Below are positions 1 through 11,600 of a stretch of 59,828 nucleotides of DNA, one piece after another. The notes under the pieces are model-generated. The model had not been told where the DNA came from. It did not search any database and saw only the letters and a list, made by a program, of their open reading frames with translations. The stretch lies in assembly GCA_964343985.1 (NCBI GenBank), contig CAYFLJ010000002.1:1-59828 (forward strand), given 5' to 3'. The stretch is from an uncultured Thermoflexus sp. (lineage in GTDB: Bacteria; Chloroflexota; UBA11872; UBA12225). How positions within the stretch are numbered: the first letter of the stretch is position 1; each line of letters opens with the position of its first letter. The translations under genes were made by a program, and so were the position numbers.

Positions 1-1148
1 CGACCACCAACCGCGAAGAGGCGCTGGCTGGTGCCGATTTTGTCATCAACACCGCAGACGTCAAAGGGCACCATCACGCGCGCCGCGTCCGCGAATTGAC
101 GGCGGCGCATGGGTATTACTACTACGGTTCCGGCATCATTGGGCACTACTACAACTTCTCGCTCATGCTCGGAATTGCCCGAGACATGGAGCGAATATGT
201 CCAAATGCGTGGCTGATCCAGAGTGGGAACCCCGTCTTCGACGGCACAACCCTGATGACTCGGCAGACCAAGGTGAAAGTCATTGGTCTTTGCCACGGGC
301 ACTACGGGTACCTTGAGATCGCGCGGCGACTTGGCCTCGATCCGGCGCGGGTGACGTGGGAGGCGCCGGGCGTCAATCACGCGATCTGGTTGACGACCTT
401 CCTGCACGACGGCGAAGACGCCTATCCCATCTTAGATCGCTGGATCGCAAACGAGGCACCAGACTTTTGGGCCTCTCACGTTGCGCAACGGACGCACGAC
501 ATCCAGATGAGCCGGGGCGTCATTGACATGTATGAACTCTATGGCTTGATGCCGATTGGCGACACCCCTCGACAAGTTGGATGGTGGTATCACACGGATG
601 CTGATACGAAGCTTCGTTGGTTCGGACCTCCGTGGGGTGGGCCTGATACCGAGACCGCGCGTCCAGTGCACGTGCAGCAGTTAAGCGACCGGCTCGCACA
701 AGTTGATGCAGTCCTACGGGATGAGTCGGCGCAAGTGACTTCGGTGTTCGGTCGGGAACGGACGCGAGAACAGCAGGTGCCGATCATTGACGCGCTTGCG
801 AACGGTGTTGCGAATTGCTTTCAGGTGAACGTGCCGAACACCGCCGGGGTCCTCAAGGGCGTCGCCGAGGACGTCGTGGTTGAAGGCCAAGCGTGGATTG
901 ACCGCGGGGGCGTCCATCCGATGAAGCCGGCACGTGCGTTGCCGTCACGGATCTTTCGAGAGGAGGTGGCACCCAAGATTGATGAAATGGAACGTGGGCT
1001 CGAGGCGTTCATGTCAGGCGACCGTCGCCTTGTCTTGCTTGACATTCTGAATGATAAGCGAACGACTTCTCGGGAACAGGCCGAATCGGTGCTCAAAGCA
1101 CTCCTCGAGATGCCCGGCCACGAAGAGGCCGCGGCGCACTTTCGGTAG
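1..1148 (+). CDS. glycoside hydrolase family 4 (alpha-glucosidase/alpha-galactosidase-like), 5' end cut by window edge
   Basis: The reading frame of ORF 96..1148 stays open to the window start (..TTNREEALAGADFVINT..). It carries a GLCHGHYG motif and a GH4-like C-terminal half. Confidence 0.75.
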   Translation, partial: TTNREEALAGADFVINTADVKGHHHARRVRELTAAHGYYYYGSGIIGHYYNFSLMLGIARDMERICPNAWLIQSGNPVFDGTTLMTRQTKVKVIGLCHGHYGYLEIARRLGLDPARVTWEAPGVNHAIWLTTFLHDGEDAYPILDRWIANEAPDFWASHVAQRTHDIQMSRGVIDMYELYGLMPIGDTPRQVGWWYHTDADTKLRWFGPPWGGPDTETARPVHVQQLSDRLAQVDAVLRDESAQVTSVFGRERTREQQVPIIDALANGVANCFQVNVPNTAGVLKGVAEDVVVEGQAWIDRGGVHPMKPARALPSRIFREEVAPKIDEMERGLEAFMSGDRRLVLLDILNDKRTTSREQAESVLKALLEMPGHEEAAAHFR

Positions 1149-1252
1149 ATTTCGTCGCCCGGCGTGAGACGTCGTGGCTCTACCCACTGGAGCAGACGTT
1201 GAGAAGCGTAATCGTTTGCAACAGAAAGAAACCGGGGCGCTTGGCGGACCAG

Positions 1253-2314
1253 TTAGTCGCCGGGCGTCACGCCGATAAGCGACAACTCAGTCGCGCGGTG
1301 GCACGACACGAGATGCCCGGGACGGACCTCGGTGAGCGGAGGCGCCGAGACTTTGCACGCTTCGACGGCGTAGCGGCATCGCGGATGGAAGTGGCATCCG
1401 GGCGGCGGGTTTGACGCGTCGGGCACCTCACCGGCAAGGAAGATACGTTGCCCGCGATGGAGCGGGTCCGGCGTCGGCACCGCCGAGAGGAGCGCTTCGG
1501 AGTACGGGTGCCGCGGGCCGAAGAAGAGGTCTGCTGTTGGGGCCAACTCGACGATTCGCCCGACGTACATCACCGCCACGCGTGTGCTGACGTGTTGCAC
1601 GACCGAAAGGTCGTGCGCGACGAACACATACGTCAGACCAAGGCGCGATTGCAGGTCTTCGAGCAGGTTTAGGGTTTGCGCCTGAATGCTGACGTCAAGC
1701 GCCGAGACTGGCTCATCACACACCACGAGTTGCGGTTCGAGGGCAATGGCGCGGGCGATGCCGACACGTTGACGTTGCCCCCCGGAAAACGCGTGGGGGT
1801 AGCGCTCCATGTACTCCGGATGCAAGCCGACCAAGCGAAGCAGTTCGGCGACGCGATCCTCTAGAGCGGACCCAGACGCGACACCGTTGACAAGCAGTGG
1901 CTCGCCGATGATGTCTCGCAAGGTCATTCGCGGGTTCAGTGACCCGTACGGGTCCTGAAAAATCATTTGAACATTGCGCCGTACGTCGCGCAACTCAGAC
2001 GACGACGCGGTTGGAATGTTGACCCAACCGAGCTTTCGATCTCGGAAGTGGATGGTGCCGCCGGTCGGGTCGTATGCGCGCATCACGAGGCGGCTGGTCG
2101 TGGTTTTGCCGCACCCCGACTCGCCGACGAGGCCAAGTGTCTCGCCTTGACGCACGGTGAACGAGACGCCATCCACCGCTTTGACATGGCCAACCACCCT
2201 CGACCAAAAGCCTTTCCGGATCGGAAACCACTTTTGTAAATCGTGGGCAACGAGAAGGTCGGAGTCGGTCGCACCGGCAGGTGCATTGGCCTGGGTCATG
2301 GTGGCGATTGCCAT
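1253..2314 (-). CDS. ABC transporter ATP-binding protein, Opp/Dpp family (OppF/DppF-like)
   Basis: Walker [10 protein letters not shown], signature LSGGQRQR, Walker B LVVCDEP and the Opp-type C-terminal Cys-rich tail. The start is set at the internal ATG (MAIATMTQ), which forms an ATGA overlap with the upstream gene's stop at 2314. Confidence 0.9.
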   Translation of the reverse strand: MAIATMTQANAPAGATDSDLLVAHDLQKWFPIRKGFWSRVVGHVKAVDGVSFTVRQGETLGLVGESGCGKTTTSRLVMRAYDPTGGTIHFRDRKLGWVNIPTASSSELRDVRRNVQMIFQDPYGSLNPRMTLRDIIGEPLLVNGVASGSALEDRVAELLRLVGLHPEYMERYPHAFSGGQRQRVGIARAIALEPQLVVCDEPVSALDVSIQAQTLNLLEDLQSRLGLTYVFVAHDLSVVQHVSTRVAVMYVGRIVELAPTADLFFGPRHPYSEALLSAVPTPDPLHRGQRIFLAGEVPDASNPPPGCHFHPRCRYAVEACKVSAPPLTEVRPGHLVSCHRATELSLIGVTPGD

Positions 2315-3372
2315 CACGCAACCTCTCCGGCGCGGCTGCAACGCACCCAATGGCGTGGCGCTACTTCGCGGTATTCGGGGGCATCACACGTGCCTTGCAC
2401 GTAGTGGCGGCAACGTGTGTGGAAGGCGCAGCCTGTGGGAACGCTGAACGGATCTGGAACCATGCCTTGAATTGCCTCGAGGCGTTCATGTGCGCGACGC
2501 CCCAAGCGGGGCATCGACCGAAGCAGTGCTTGCGTGTAGGGATGCTGCGGGGCACGAAAGAGTTCGGTTACCGGAGCGCGTTCAACTTGTCGGCCCATGT
2601 ACATCACCACGACTTCATCAGCGATTTCCGCGATGACCCCTAGGTTGTGCGTGATGAATTGGATCGCCATGCCGTTCTGTTCTTGCAGACTGCGAACGAG
2701 GTCGAGGATCACTGCCTCGGTGGTCACGTCCAACGCGGTGGTTGGCTCATCGGCGATCAAGACGCTCGGGTTGCACGCTAACGCGATTCCGATTACGGCG
2801 CGTTGACGCATTCCGCCCGAAAGCTGATGCGGGAAGCGGTCGAGTACTGCGTCCGGTCGCGGTAGGCCGACTTGGCGCATCACCGATTCGGCGCGGGTTC
2901 GCGCTACGTCTTTGGTGGCGCCGGTATGTAGCCGGATGACCTCAGTAATTTGATGGCCAATCGTATGAATTGGGCTCAGGGCCGACATCGGTTCCTGAAA
3001 AATGTAGGCAATCTCGTTCCCTCGGATTGCACGGATCTCTTTACCCCGTGGGTCGAGGCTTGTCAGTTCAAGGTTCGTGCCGTCGCGGCGCGTCAACGTC
3101 ACCGTGCCGCCCACGTTCTTGCCGGGGCGCGGGACGATGCCGAGGACTGACTGCGCAGTTACAGACTTCCCACAACCACTTTCGCCCACGATTCCGAGCG
3201 TGCGACCGCGGTGGAGGGTGTAACTGACGCCGTCGACCGCTCTCACCGTCCCGGCGGTTAACGCAAAATGCGTTTTCAGGTCACGAACGTCGAGAACAAC
3301 TGGTGTATCGAGCGGGCGCGGTGCAGTTGCTTGTCCCACGCGCGCGGGCGGTTCGATGAGGTCGGTCGCCAT
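2314..3372 (-). CDS. ABC transporter ATP-binding protein, Opp/Dpp family (OppD/DppD-like)
   Basis: Walker A GESGCGKS, signature LSGGMRQR, Walker [12 protein letters not shown]. Confidence 0.9.
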   Translation of the reverse strand: MATDLIEPPARVGQATAPRPLDTPVVLDVRDLKTHFALTAGTVRAVDGVSYTLHRGRTLGIVGESGCGKSVTAQSVLGIVPRPGKNVGGTVTLTRRDGTNLELTSLDPRGKEIRAIRGNEIAYIFQEPMSALSPIHTIGHQITEVIRLHTGATKDVARTRAESVMRQVGLPRPDAVLDRFPHQLSGGMRQRAVIGIALACNPSVLIADEPTTALDVTTEAVILDLVRSLQEQNGMAIQFITHNLGVIAEIADEVVVMYMGRQVERAPVTELFRAPQHPYTQALLRSMPRLGRRAHERLEAIQGMVPDPFSVPTGCAFHTRCRHYVQGTCDAPEYREVAPRHWVRCSRAGEVA

Positions 3373-3374
3373 CG

Positions 3375-4550
3375 TTATCGTCCGTACGGGTCGGCGGCGT
3401 CGCGAAGCCCATCGCCGACGAAGCTAAACGCGAGGACGATCAGGATGACCGCCGCGCCCGGAATGAGGAGCCACGGAAAGAGCGCGACGGTTTGGATGTT
3501 CTGCGCCTCCTGCAGGAGAACTCCCCAACTGATGACCGGTGGGCGGAGTCCCAGACCGAGGAACGAGAGCGACGTCTCCGAGAGGATCATCCCTGGAACC
3601 GCGAGTGTGATGCTCGCGATGATGTGACTTGCAAAACTTGGGACCATGTGCCGGAAGATGATCCGGGCCTCTGAGCAGTTCGAAAGGCGTGCCGCCAACA
3701 CGAAGTCTTCTTCACGCAGCGCGAGAAATCTCCCGCGGACAACTCGTGCTAAGCCCGTCCAACCGAGGAGTGAAAGGATGATTGTGATGCCGAAGTACAC
3801 GTAGTCGGGTGGCCACTTCGGAGGCATCGCTGCGGCGAGGGCCATCCAAACGGGGATGGTTGGCAGCGATCGAATGAATTCGATGACGCGTTGGATTACG
3901 GCGTCAAGCCACCCACCGTAATAGCCCGAGATTCCTCCAAGTAACACTCCGAGGATCAAACTGAGCGTGACGCCGACGAGGCCGATTGACAATGAGATGC
4001 GCGCGCCGTACGCAATTCGCGACAGCATGTCGCGGCCTAAACGGTCAGTGCCTAAGAGGTAGAAGGGTGTGTTGGCCGGAACGTCCTTACCGAGGCCGAA
4101 CAGATGAATGTCCGTCTCCCACAGGCCCCACATCACGTATTTCTCGCCCCGCGCGAAGAATTGGATTGGGTACTTCTTGGTCGGGTCAGGCACGTACGTC
4201 ACACGCAACGTATCGGCATTTCGGGAACTCTTGAGTCCCAGCGCGTACGGGCGCAGCGAGAAGTTGCCATCTTTATCTGAAAACTGGATCGTCTGTGGAG
4301 GCGCATACCGATATAAGTTCGAGATTTTATTCGGATCGGTCGTTGCAATTGCTTCAGCAAATGCGGCGATAAGGTAGAAGAGAATTACGATCACCGCACA
4401 CACAAGGGCGAGCCGATGGCGGCGGAACCGCCACCACATCAGGGTCCACTGAGATGCAACTAGGGCCTTATTCGTCGTGCGCGCACGCTCGTCCGGGCGC
4501 GGTTCAAGCGGGGCGGCGGAGGCGTTGGGTGTGAGCGTCGTGGCTGTCAC
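3375..4550 (-). CDS. ABC transporter permease (OppC/DppC-like)
   Basis: Multi-TM protein with a BPD-transporter EAA-like loop (SEARIIFRHMVP) and Opp-type operon context. Confidence 0.85.
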   Translation of the reverse strand: MTATTLTPNASAAPLEPRPDERARTTNKALVASQWTLMWWRFRRHRLALVCAVIVILFYLIAAFAEAIATTDPNKISNLYRYAPPQTIQFSDKDGNFSLRPYALGLKSSRNADTLRVTYVPDPTKKYPIQFFARGEKYVMWGLWETDIHLFGLGKDVPANTPFYLLGTDRLGRDMLSRIAYGARISLSIGLVGVTLSLILGVLLGGISGYYGGWLDAVIQRVIEFIRSLPTIPVWMALAAAMPPKWPPDYVYFGITIILSLLGWTGLARVVRGRFLALREEDFVLAARLSNCSEARIIFRHMVPSFASHIIASITLAVPGMILSETSLSFLGLGLRPPVISWGVLLQEAQNIQTVALFPWLLIPGAAVILIVLAFSFVGDGLRDAADPYGR

Positions 4551-4559
4551 CGTCGTCTC

Positions 4560-5549
4560 CTAGCGGTCGAGGCGGATGCGCGGGTCAATCCACGCAAGGA
4601 GCAAGTCGGAGATCAACGTGCCGAGGATCGTCAGTGTCCCAAGCACAAGGATGAAGGCGCCTGCAAGGTACATGTCTTGCGACTGCAGGGCACGCAGCAG
4701 GAGTGGGCCGGCGGTCGGCAAACTCAGCGTGACGCTGATGATTGTGCCCCCATTGACGAGCCCAGGCAGTGCCCACCCAAGCGTCGAGATGAACGGATTG
4801 AGTGCGACCTGGACCGGATATTCGTAGGTGAGGACCGTCTCATCGAGGCCGCGAGCCCGAGCCGCCGTCACGTATGGCTTGTGCAACTCATCGAGCAAGT
4901 TGGCGCGCATAGTGCGAATGAGACCGGCGGCGCCTTCCATTCCAAGGATCAACATGGGCACCCAGAGATGCTTCACGAGGTCCCACGCCCGCCCCATCGA
5001 CCACGGCGCGTTTTTGTACTCATCCGAAAAGAGGCCGCCGACGTCGGCACCGAACCACGAAAACGCGAGCCACATGACGACGAGCGCCAACATGAAGCCC
5101 GGCACTCCAAGGCCAATAAATCCAATCGTCGTGAACAAATAATCAAAGAAACTATATTGATTTGTTGCGGAATAGATGCCAATTGGTATCGCAAGGAGCC
5201 ATGTGAAAAGCAACGTACTGAGGGTGAGTGCGATGGTCAGACCCATCCGTTCCCAAATGAGCGAGGCAACGGGTTGGCGCCACTCCAAGCTCAAGCCGAA
5301 GTCTCCACGGCTGAGAATCCCCCAAATCCATTTGTAGTACTGCACATACATTGGCTGGTCGAGACCATACGCTTCGCGCAAAAGCTGAAGCGTATCGCCG
5401 CTCATCTGTTCACCCATCGAGGCAAGGGTGGCGGCGTAGGACGACAAGAAGTCACCAGGCGGGAGTTGAATCAGCACAAAGGAAAGCACTGAAATAACGA
5501 ATATGGTTGGGATTGCAAGAAGGAGGCGCTTGAACGAGTAGGCAAGCAT
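4560..5549 (-). CDS. ABC transporter permease (OppB/DppB-like)
   Basis: The N-terminus MLAYSFKRLLLAIPTIFVISVLSFVLIQLPPGD is typical of OppB/DppB. Six TM-like segments. Confidence 0.88.
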   Translation of the reverse strand: MLAYSFKRLLLAIPTIFVISVLSFVLIQLPPGDFLSSYAATLASMGEQMSGDTLQLLREAYGLDQPMYVQYYKWIWGILSRGDFGLSLEWRQPVASLIWERMGLTIALTLSTLLFTWLLAIPIGIYSATNQYSFFDYLFTTIGFIGLGVPGFMLALVVMWLAFSWFGADVGGLFSDEYKNAPWSMGRAWDLVKHLWVPMLILGMEGAAGLIRTMRANLLDELHKPYVTAARARGLDETVLTYEYPVQVALNPFISTLGWALPGLVNGGTIISVTLSLPTAGPLLLRALQSQDMYLAGAFILVLGTLTILGTLISDLLLAWIDPRIRLDR

Positions 5550-5699
5550 CGTGGCCTCAATGGTTCCTCTGGACCGCAGCCCGCCCTCGCCCCGACGGGT
5601 TGAGAGCGAGGTCAGGAGGAGACTACGCCGTCATGACGACGTCGACACAGGGTGAGTTGCCTGCGCGCGTGCACTGACGCAGCGGTGGACGGTGACCCT

Positions 5700-5726
5700 G
5701 CGAGGGCCTAATTCGGAGGCCCTCGC
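5700..5726 (-). other. perfect 9-bp stem-loop between the binding-protein gene and the permease genes
   Basis: GCGAGGGCC-TAATTCGGA-GGCCCTCGC lies in the 221-bp gap downstream of the binding-protein stop. There is no U-tract. It could be an intra-operon stabiliser or partial terminator. Confidence 0.35.
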
Positions 5727-5770
5727 CGTAGTCAACCGCACTGGGTAGGTCGCTCGCGACCGTCTTAGGG

Positions 5771-7816
5771 TTACGCCTTCCCGATGCTGAACTGCTGAGG
5801 GTTGACGATGCCGTAGTCGCGCAGTGTGTCGTCCGAGATGTACCCATCGAGGACGTTAATGACCGCATTTGAGACGATCATCGGCGCCACGATTTCGCCG
5901 ACCACACCCACTACGTTTGGCGCAGCCTTATGGACCCCAAGCATGTCTTGGAAGAGGGCGTTACGCCGTGCTTCGTCGGGCTCAACTTGCACCTTGTCCC
6001 AGAGGTCCCAAACCTTGCGGATTGGATGATCTGCCGGCGGCTCCTCTTGTTTGAAGGGTGCCTTGGCGTACCAGTTGCCGTACGTCGGTGCCCATGGGCC
6101 GTCCGTGATCGTCCCAAGCCACCGGCCCGGGTCTGCTTTGACGACCGACGAACGGTCAAAGCCCCAGTTACCGACCTCAATCTCACCGGTACGGCAGTGC
6201 TCTTCGTAGAGCGACCGCTCGACCTGCTTCATGGTGGCGCGGATGCCGATTGCTTCCCAGTATCCCTTGACCAACTCATGCTGATCGTTCTCAGGTGAGC
6301 CGGTTGCGGAAATGTGCTCGACCACGAACTCAAGAGGCTTACCGTCTGGGCGCTTGCGGATGCCGTCGGAACCCTTGGTCAGGCCAAGTTTGTCGAGCAG
6401 GTCGTTGGCGAGTTTCGGGTCGTACTGCGCCCAAACCTTCGGGAAGTCGGCGTCAAACTCCGGTGAACCGGCGACTGGGCTCGCCTGCCGACCGACGCCG
6501 AGTCCGTTGTAGACGACCTCAGCAATCTCGTCACGATTAATGGACACATTGAGTGCTTGGCGGAACTCGGGTGTGCCAAACAATTTGGCGAGTACCGTAT
6601 CGGGGCAGTTCTGGTTCGGGAAGTACGCCTGAGTGCTTGCCGCACGCCACTTGAACACGCGGTAGTTGCCCTTCGCCGCATTCTCCTTAAAGAACACGAA
6701 CGAACCGGCGCTCATGTGGCGCATTTGCAAGTCAATCTTGCCCTGAGCTACCCAAAGGTTGACAACGTCGGCGCTTTCAAAGAATGCGTGTTCGACTTTG
6801 TCGATATACGGAAGCTGATTGCCTTCAGTATCGACCTGCCAGTAGTACGGGTTGCGTACCATGACCATCGGGTCGGCAGGGGCAGGGACCGTCACCATCC
6901 ACGGAACCAAGACTGGCAGTTCTGGGTTCTTGAACCAGAAGGCGATAGCCCCCTCGAGGTTGCCGGCATCGCCCCAAAGGGCTTGCCATGCGGGCAGGTT
7001 CTTTTCAGTAGCAACCTTGGCGATGTCCGCCTCGGGCGTGTACTTCGGATGAAACTTCTTGAGGTAGGCGGACGGTGCGAGGAATGCCGGCGGGTTCGGG
7101 AAGCCGCCAACTTTCGCGATCGAAATCGGCAGAAGAGGGTTCGGCGCCGCGTACGTCACTTTGAAGGTGATGTCGTCGACAACGGTAAGCGCCGCGACTT
7201 TGTATTCGGCACCGACTTTTTGGCGGATCAGATCGCTCGGCGCCGGACGAATGTCCTTATTCTGCTGAATATCCTCGAACCAGAACGAGACGTCCGCCGT
7301 GGAGACCGGCGAACCGTCGGACCACTTCAGGCCCTTCCGAAGGGTGAAGACGTACTCTGACGCGTCGGCGTTCTGCTCCCACTTTTCGACGAGGTTCGCG
7401 ATGAGGCCGATTTTGTCGGGCGAAGGCGCGTCCCAGTCAATCAGCATTTCTTCGACCAGTTTGGTCGGGCCGACGCGGTCGGACGGTCCTCGATACGCGC
7501 GACGCCAGGTGCCGCCGTATTTGCCAGTCGCCTCAAGCGGCTTCAGGACCCTCGGGTTCTCTGGAAGTCGCTTTTCAACTGGCGGGAGTTTTCCGGCCTT
7601 CACCTGATCGGCGAGGCTGGGGGCCTCCTTGAACGCGCCTTGAAACGTCGCCGTGGCGGCTCCGTGCGAAGCGTCGACGCTCGTGCTGGCGGCAAGGGCG
7701 CGTGCCGGTACCGCGGCGCCCGCTGTCAGGGCGGCGGCTCCGAAGGCAAAGCGCCGAAGCGCTTCGCGACGTGGGTGGCCATGTGCGTGCGACGCAGATG
7801 GCTCAGACTGGACCAT
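5771..7816 (-). CDS. ABC substrate-binding protein, family 5 (peptide/oligosaccharide type), Tat signal
   Basis: N-terminal RREALRRFAFGAAALTAGAAVPARALA resembles a twin-arginine signal. The body is family-5 SBP-like, and the gene sits first in the Opp-type operon. Confidence 0.85.
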   Translation of the reverse strand: MVQSEPSASHAHGHPRREALRRFAFGAAALTAGAAVPARALAASTSVDASHGAATATFQGAFKEAPSLADQVKAGKLPPVEKRLPENPRVLKPLEATGKYGGTWRRAYRGPSDRVGPTKLVEEMLIDWDAPSPDKIGLIANLVEKWEQNADASEYVFTLRKGLKWSDGSPVSTADVSFWFEDIQQNKDIRPAPSDLIRQKVGAEYKVAALTVVDDITFKVTYAAPNPLLPISIAKVGGFPNPPAFLAPSAYLKKFHPKYTPEADIAKVATEKNLPAWQALWGDAGNLEGAIAFWFKNPELPVLVPWMVTVPAPADPMVMVRNPYYWQVDTEGNQLPYIDKVEHAFFESADVVNLWVAQGKIDLQMRHMSAGSFVFFKENAAKGNYRVFKWRAASTQAYFPNQNCPDTVLAKLFGTPEFRQALNVSINRDEIAEVVYNGLGVGRQASPVAGSPEFDADFPKVWAQYDPKLANDLLDKLGLTKGSDGIRKRPDGKPLEFVVEHISATGSPENDQHELVKGYWEAIGIRATMKQVERSLYEEHCRTGEIEVGNWGFDRSSVVKADPGRWLGTITDGPWAPTYGNWYAKAPFKQEEPPADHPIRKVWDLWDKVQVEPDEARRNALFQDMLGVHKAAPNVVGVVGEIVAPMIVSNAVINVLDGYISDDTLRDYGIVNPQQFSIGKA

Positions 7817-8018
7817 GACTTCCTCCTGAATGTTTCGCGAGCCTCAGTGGCCTTGAGCCAGAGTGTCGCACGGCGCTTCTTGCCCCTTGGCGGCCGATTC
7901 GGCGAACCGTGCCCAACCGATGTACGCGCGCACGATACCGAACTCGTACCCGGACTGCCACGGCGAAAGCAATGGACGACCTCCGAAGAGGAAGGCGCGC
8001 CCCTCGTACACTGGTGCC

Positions 8019-8633
8019 ATGCAGCGCTTGATAGATCCCCACGGTACGTGGGCGTCCCCGCCGCCCCAGCATCGGCCGTCATTTACTGGCTTCCTGATCT
8101 GGAGGGACATTGAGCACAAGGTTTCGGTGCTCTATCCTCGGGAGTGGACGGTCCAACCGGGCGAATGGACCTTTTTGCAGTCGCCCGCCGAGGCACCGCA
8201 CTGGGCGACAGTGACCCTTCGGGCGCTGCGCTTGCCTCATCCGGTAGAACCGGGCGATCTCGAGGCGCTCCGTGACGGCACCGTCAACGGGGTGCGCTCG
8301 ATCCCGGGTGTCGATTTGGAGCGCGTTCAAGCGGACACGGTGGCGTCACTGATTGACGTCGAAGTTGAACACACCCATGATGGCCCGACGTCATCAACCG
8401 GCGAGACCGGTGAGCGTCGACGTCGATGGCTGCGCGTGATGTTCCAGAATGACGTGCAGTTCTCGATTTCGGCCGAGGCGCCGGATGGTCCATCGTTTGA
8501 GTATTGGCGCCCGGCATTTCATTCTTTGATGCGGATGGCGATCTTTGCCGACTGGACGGCGGAAGTGACAGGGCGATCTTGGGAGCCGCTCGACGCTGAT
8601 CCCGGCGAGATTGCCCCCGATCAGAAGGCCTAA
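8019..8633 (+). CDS. hypothetical protein (about 204 aa from MQRLIDPHG; start uncertain, ORF opens at 7863)
   Basis: This is the only long ORF here. It ends 10 nt before the next gene. No family was recognised. Confidence 0.5.
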   Translation: MQRLIDPHGTWASPPPQHRPSFTGFLIWRDIEHKVSVLYPREWTVQPGEWTFLQSPAEAPHWATVTLRALRLPHPVEPGDLEALRDGTVNGVRSIPGVDLERVQADTVASLIDVEVEHTHDGPTSSTGETGERRRRWLRVMFQNDVQFSISAEAPDGPSFEYWRPAFHSLMRMAIFADWTAEVTGRSWEPLDADPGEIAPDQKA

Positions 8634-8642
8634 ATCAGCCCG

Positions 8643-11600
8643 ATGGTCTCGCCCCACCGACCCGACGTGCCTCTCGATCCACTATCTGGTTCGCGGCGGG
8701 TCGTGTTGTCGTTTTCAATGTGGTGGGTTGTCACCGCCGTTGTTGCAGTGACGAGCTGGGGAGTGGTCGGTACTCGCGCTCTTTTTCAGGTGTCCGCGAC
8801 CGTGCCGGCCAACAGCCTGCAGGCGGCGTCGGTTCGGATCGTCTCTAATCGCCCTGGCGAACCCGTATTCGACGCTGCCTCGATGCTCCCAGGGGAGGTC
8901 GTTGAACGAGACATTTCGCTCAGAAATGCCGGGTCCGTTCCTGTGGACATCAGCCTGATCGCGGTGCCAGAAGCGGGAGATTCATCTCAGCTCACTGCCA
9001 CGATTGAACAATGCCTCACCGGCCCGTGGATGACGGTGACACCGTCGTCAGCGGCGGTCGGCGTGGAGCGTCCACATCGTTGTTCTGCCGCGACACCTGG
9101 CGTGGGTTCGACGGCAGTCGTTGCCCATTCGGGCGCGCTTGTCTCCCGCGGGCAGGTTGTTGCCGGCACGCCGACCACGACGCCGGTCCCGGTCGCGGTC
9201 GCGCGAGGAGTGAACCCGGGCGGCGATGCGCACGTGCGAGTACGTGTCGGCCAACCGGAGGGTGCGACGACAAGCCAACGGGCATCAGTTCGATTTGAAT
9301 GGGTAGCGCAAGGCGTGACAACGAACCTTCAGGGGACCCCGCTCGCTGCCGAACCCATCGCTGCGTTGGGAACCGTCGTGCCGCCCCCGGTGCCTTCGGT
9401 GACGATTGCATCAGGACAAACTCCGCAGCCAACGCCGTTCCCAGTGCCCACTGCGACGACAGCCTTTATCGATCCGCCCTTGAACCAATTGGCAGGGTAC
9501 GCACTGGCGCTTGAGGGTGGGTTTGATGGCGTTTCGATCCCGTGGGGAGCGGTGGCAGGACTCGCGTCGCGCGCTTCGTGGACGTTTGAGGCGTGGCTCA
9601 AGCCGGACGATCTCACCGGGACGCGGGTCGTTTACGCCGAGGCTGCGCCTGTGCCGAGTTCGATGAAGTCCGTTTTGGCGATCAGACTTGTCGATGGGGT
9701 CGTTCAGGCCGGGACTTGGCGGGGCGATCGTAGCGGCGATGGTTGGTCGTGGTCCGCCGCGCCCTCGACGAAACCACTAATAACGGGTGTGTGGCAGCAC
9801 CTTGCTGTGACTTGGGCGGGCGATGCGTCGGTATCGATCGCCATTGATGGGGTGGCCTTGGGATCCGGCGTCGGCGGTACCGTTGGTCGTCTCGACGGCA
9901 CTGACGTGCCTTCTTCCACCGGGTGGCTTGGGCGCGGACCCGGTTACGACGTCGGCGCCGGCTTCGTCGGTTCGATCGACGAAATTCGGATGTGGGATGG
10001 GATTCGTACAACCTCGGAACTCACAACGAACCGGCAGCTACGACTGCAGGGGAACGAAGTCGGACTGGTTGCCTATTTCCCAATTGGCGTGACCGAAGGA
10101 CGGGGCGTTTCGCTCGTTGACGCCTCAGGTCACGCCGTTCCGGCCACGCTTACCGGGGGCGTCCGGTGGGTTCCATCAGCGGTACCGATGACCGCGGTGG
10201 CTCCGCTCGGGTTTGGCAATCAATGGCGCGAGGTGACGATCACAAACACTGGGACCAGTCCCCTGAAAGAAGTGCCTATTCGGATTGATAACGCGTTTAC
10301 GTCTGTGGCGAGTGACCCGTCAACCATTGCCGCGTGGACATTTGACGAGACGGACGGCGACAGTGTGGAAGACCTCGCCGGGAAGCAGTCGAACGGCACC
10401 ATCATTGGCGCGTTTGCACGGACGCAAGGGGTCAGTGGAAATGGCCTCGCGCTAAATGGAGCGGGGTACGTCGACGCTGGGAACGGACCGGCAGTCGTTG
10501 GCACCGGTCCATTCACGGTTCAAGCTTGGTTCCGGACCTCTTTTGGCGCGGCGCAAGTGATTGCACAGCAACGGAGCGTCGCAGCCTACAACGGCGAATG
10601 GCAACTTGGTCTCGATTCGGGTGGACGAATCACATGGTGGTCCTATGGCGATGGCGCCTACGGAGCCAAGGTGACCTCGTCAAATACTTATGCAAATAAT
10701 GTGTGGCATCACGTTACGGCCACAAGGGAGGCAGACGGGACTGGGAAGGTTTACGTGGATGGTGGCCTCGACGGTCAGCAATCAAGCCAGGCTCGCAACC
10801 TCGTTCCAACGACCGTGTACATCGGCGCAGACGTGCGGGATGACAAACAGTTCTTTGTCGGTTCACTCGACGACGTGCGGATTATCAACAGGGCGCTAGC
10901 GGCCTCGGAAGCCGCAAGCGCGGCGATTATCGACGCGCCGGGGTTGACGGTTCGGATCACCGACGAAGGAAACCACCCAGTTCCATTCTGGAGAGAACAG
11001 GCGGGCACATACTGGGTTCGACCCTCCATCGCCGCGGGCGCATCTCAAGTCTTACGTTTCCATTGGGGCAATCCGGCAAACTCCGACGCGTCCGACGGCG
11101 CGGCGGTATTCGATGACTTCGATGGGTTTTCAGGTACCTCGCTAGATAGCAATCGATGGCAGGTCGTTAATCAGGCGAACGGGTCGATTGGCGTGGCGGG
11201 TGGGACATTGACGATTACCGCCGCCGGTGACTGGTGGGAAATGTCGGATACGGCGGCGTCGGTGGTCGCTCGCACACCGGTCGGCGTGCCATACATTGCC
11301 GAGGCGCTGATCACGACGTGGATTGGAAAAACCTCAAGAATATTTGGAGTACGCGCTTCAACATCGAACGCGAGTGCGTTCCTCGCACTGGTCAATGATT
11401 CTGACACGTCGAATGCCACGATCGTCTATCGAGATGGCACCGGTCAAACAGCCGGATGGGCGGGAGAAGAATCCGGCGTGCCGCGTATTGCGTTCCCGAG
11501 CCTTGCAAGGTTTGACGTTAGTTTGGGGTCAGTGACGGCGAGATATGGTGGTCGAATCGCCGGGAGTCGAACCGTCCCGAATTGGACCCTGACCTTGCCA

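Noticed and set aside
4677-7360. Long plus-strand ORFs (4677..5492 and 6557..7360) opposite the ABC permease and binding-protein genes
   Set aside because: They are antisense to genes with clear family signatures, and their composition is dominated by Arg, Gly and Glu, as expected for reverse frames of GC-rich genes.
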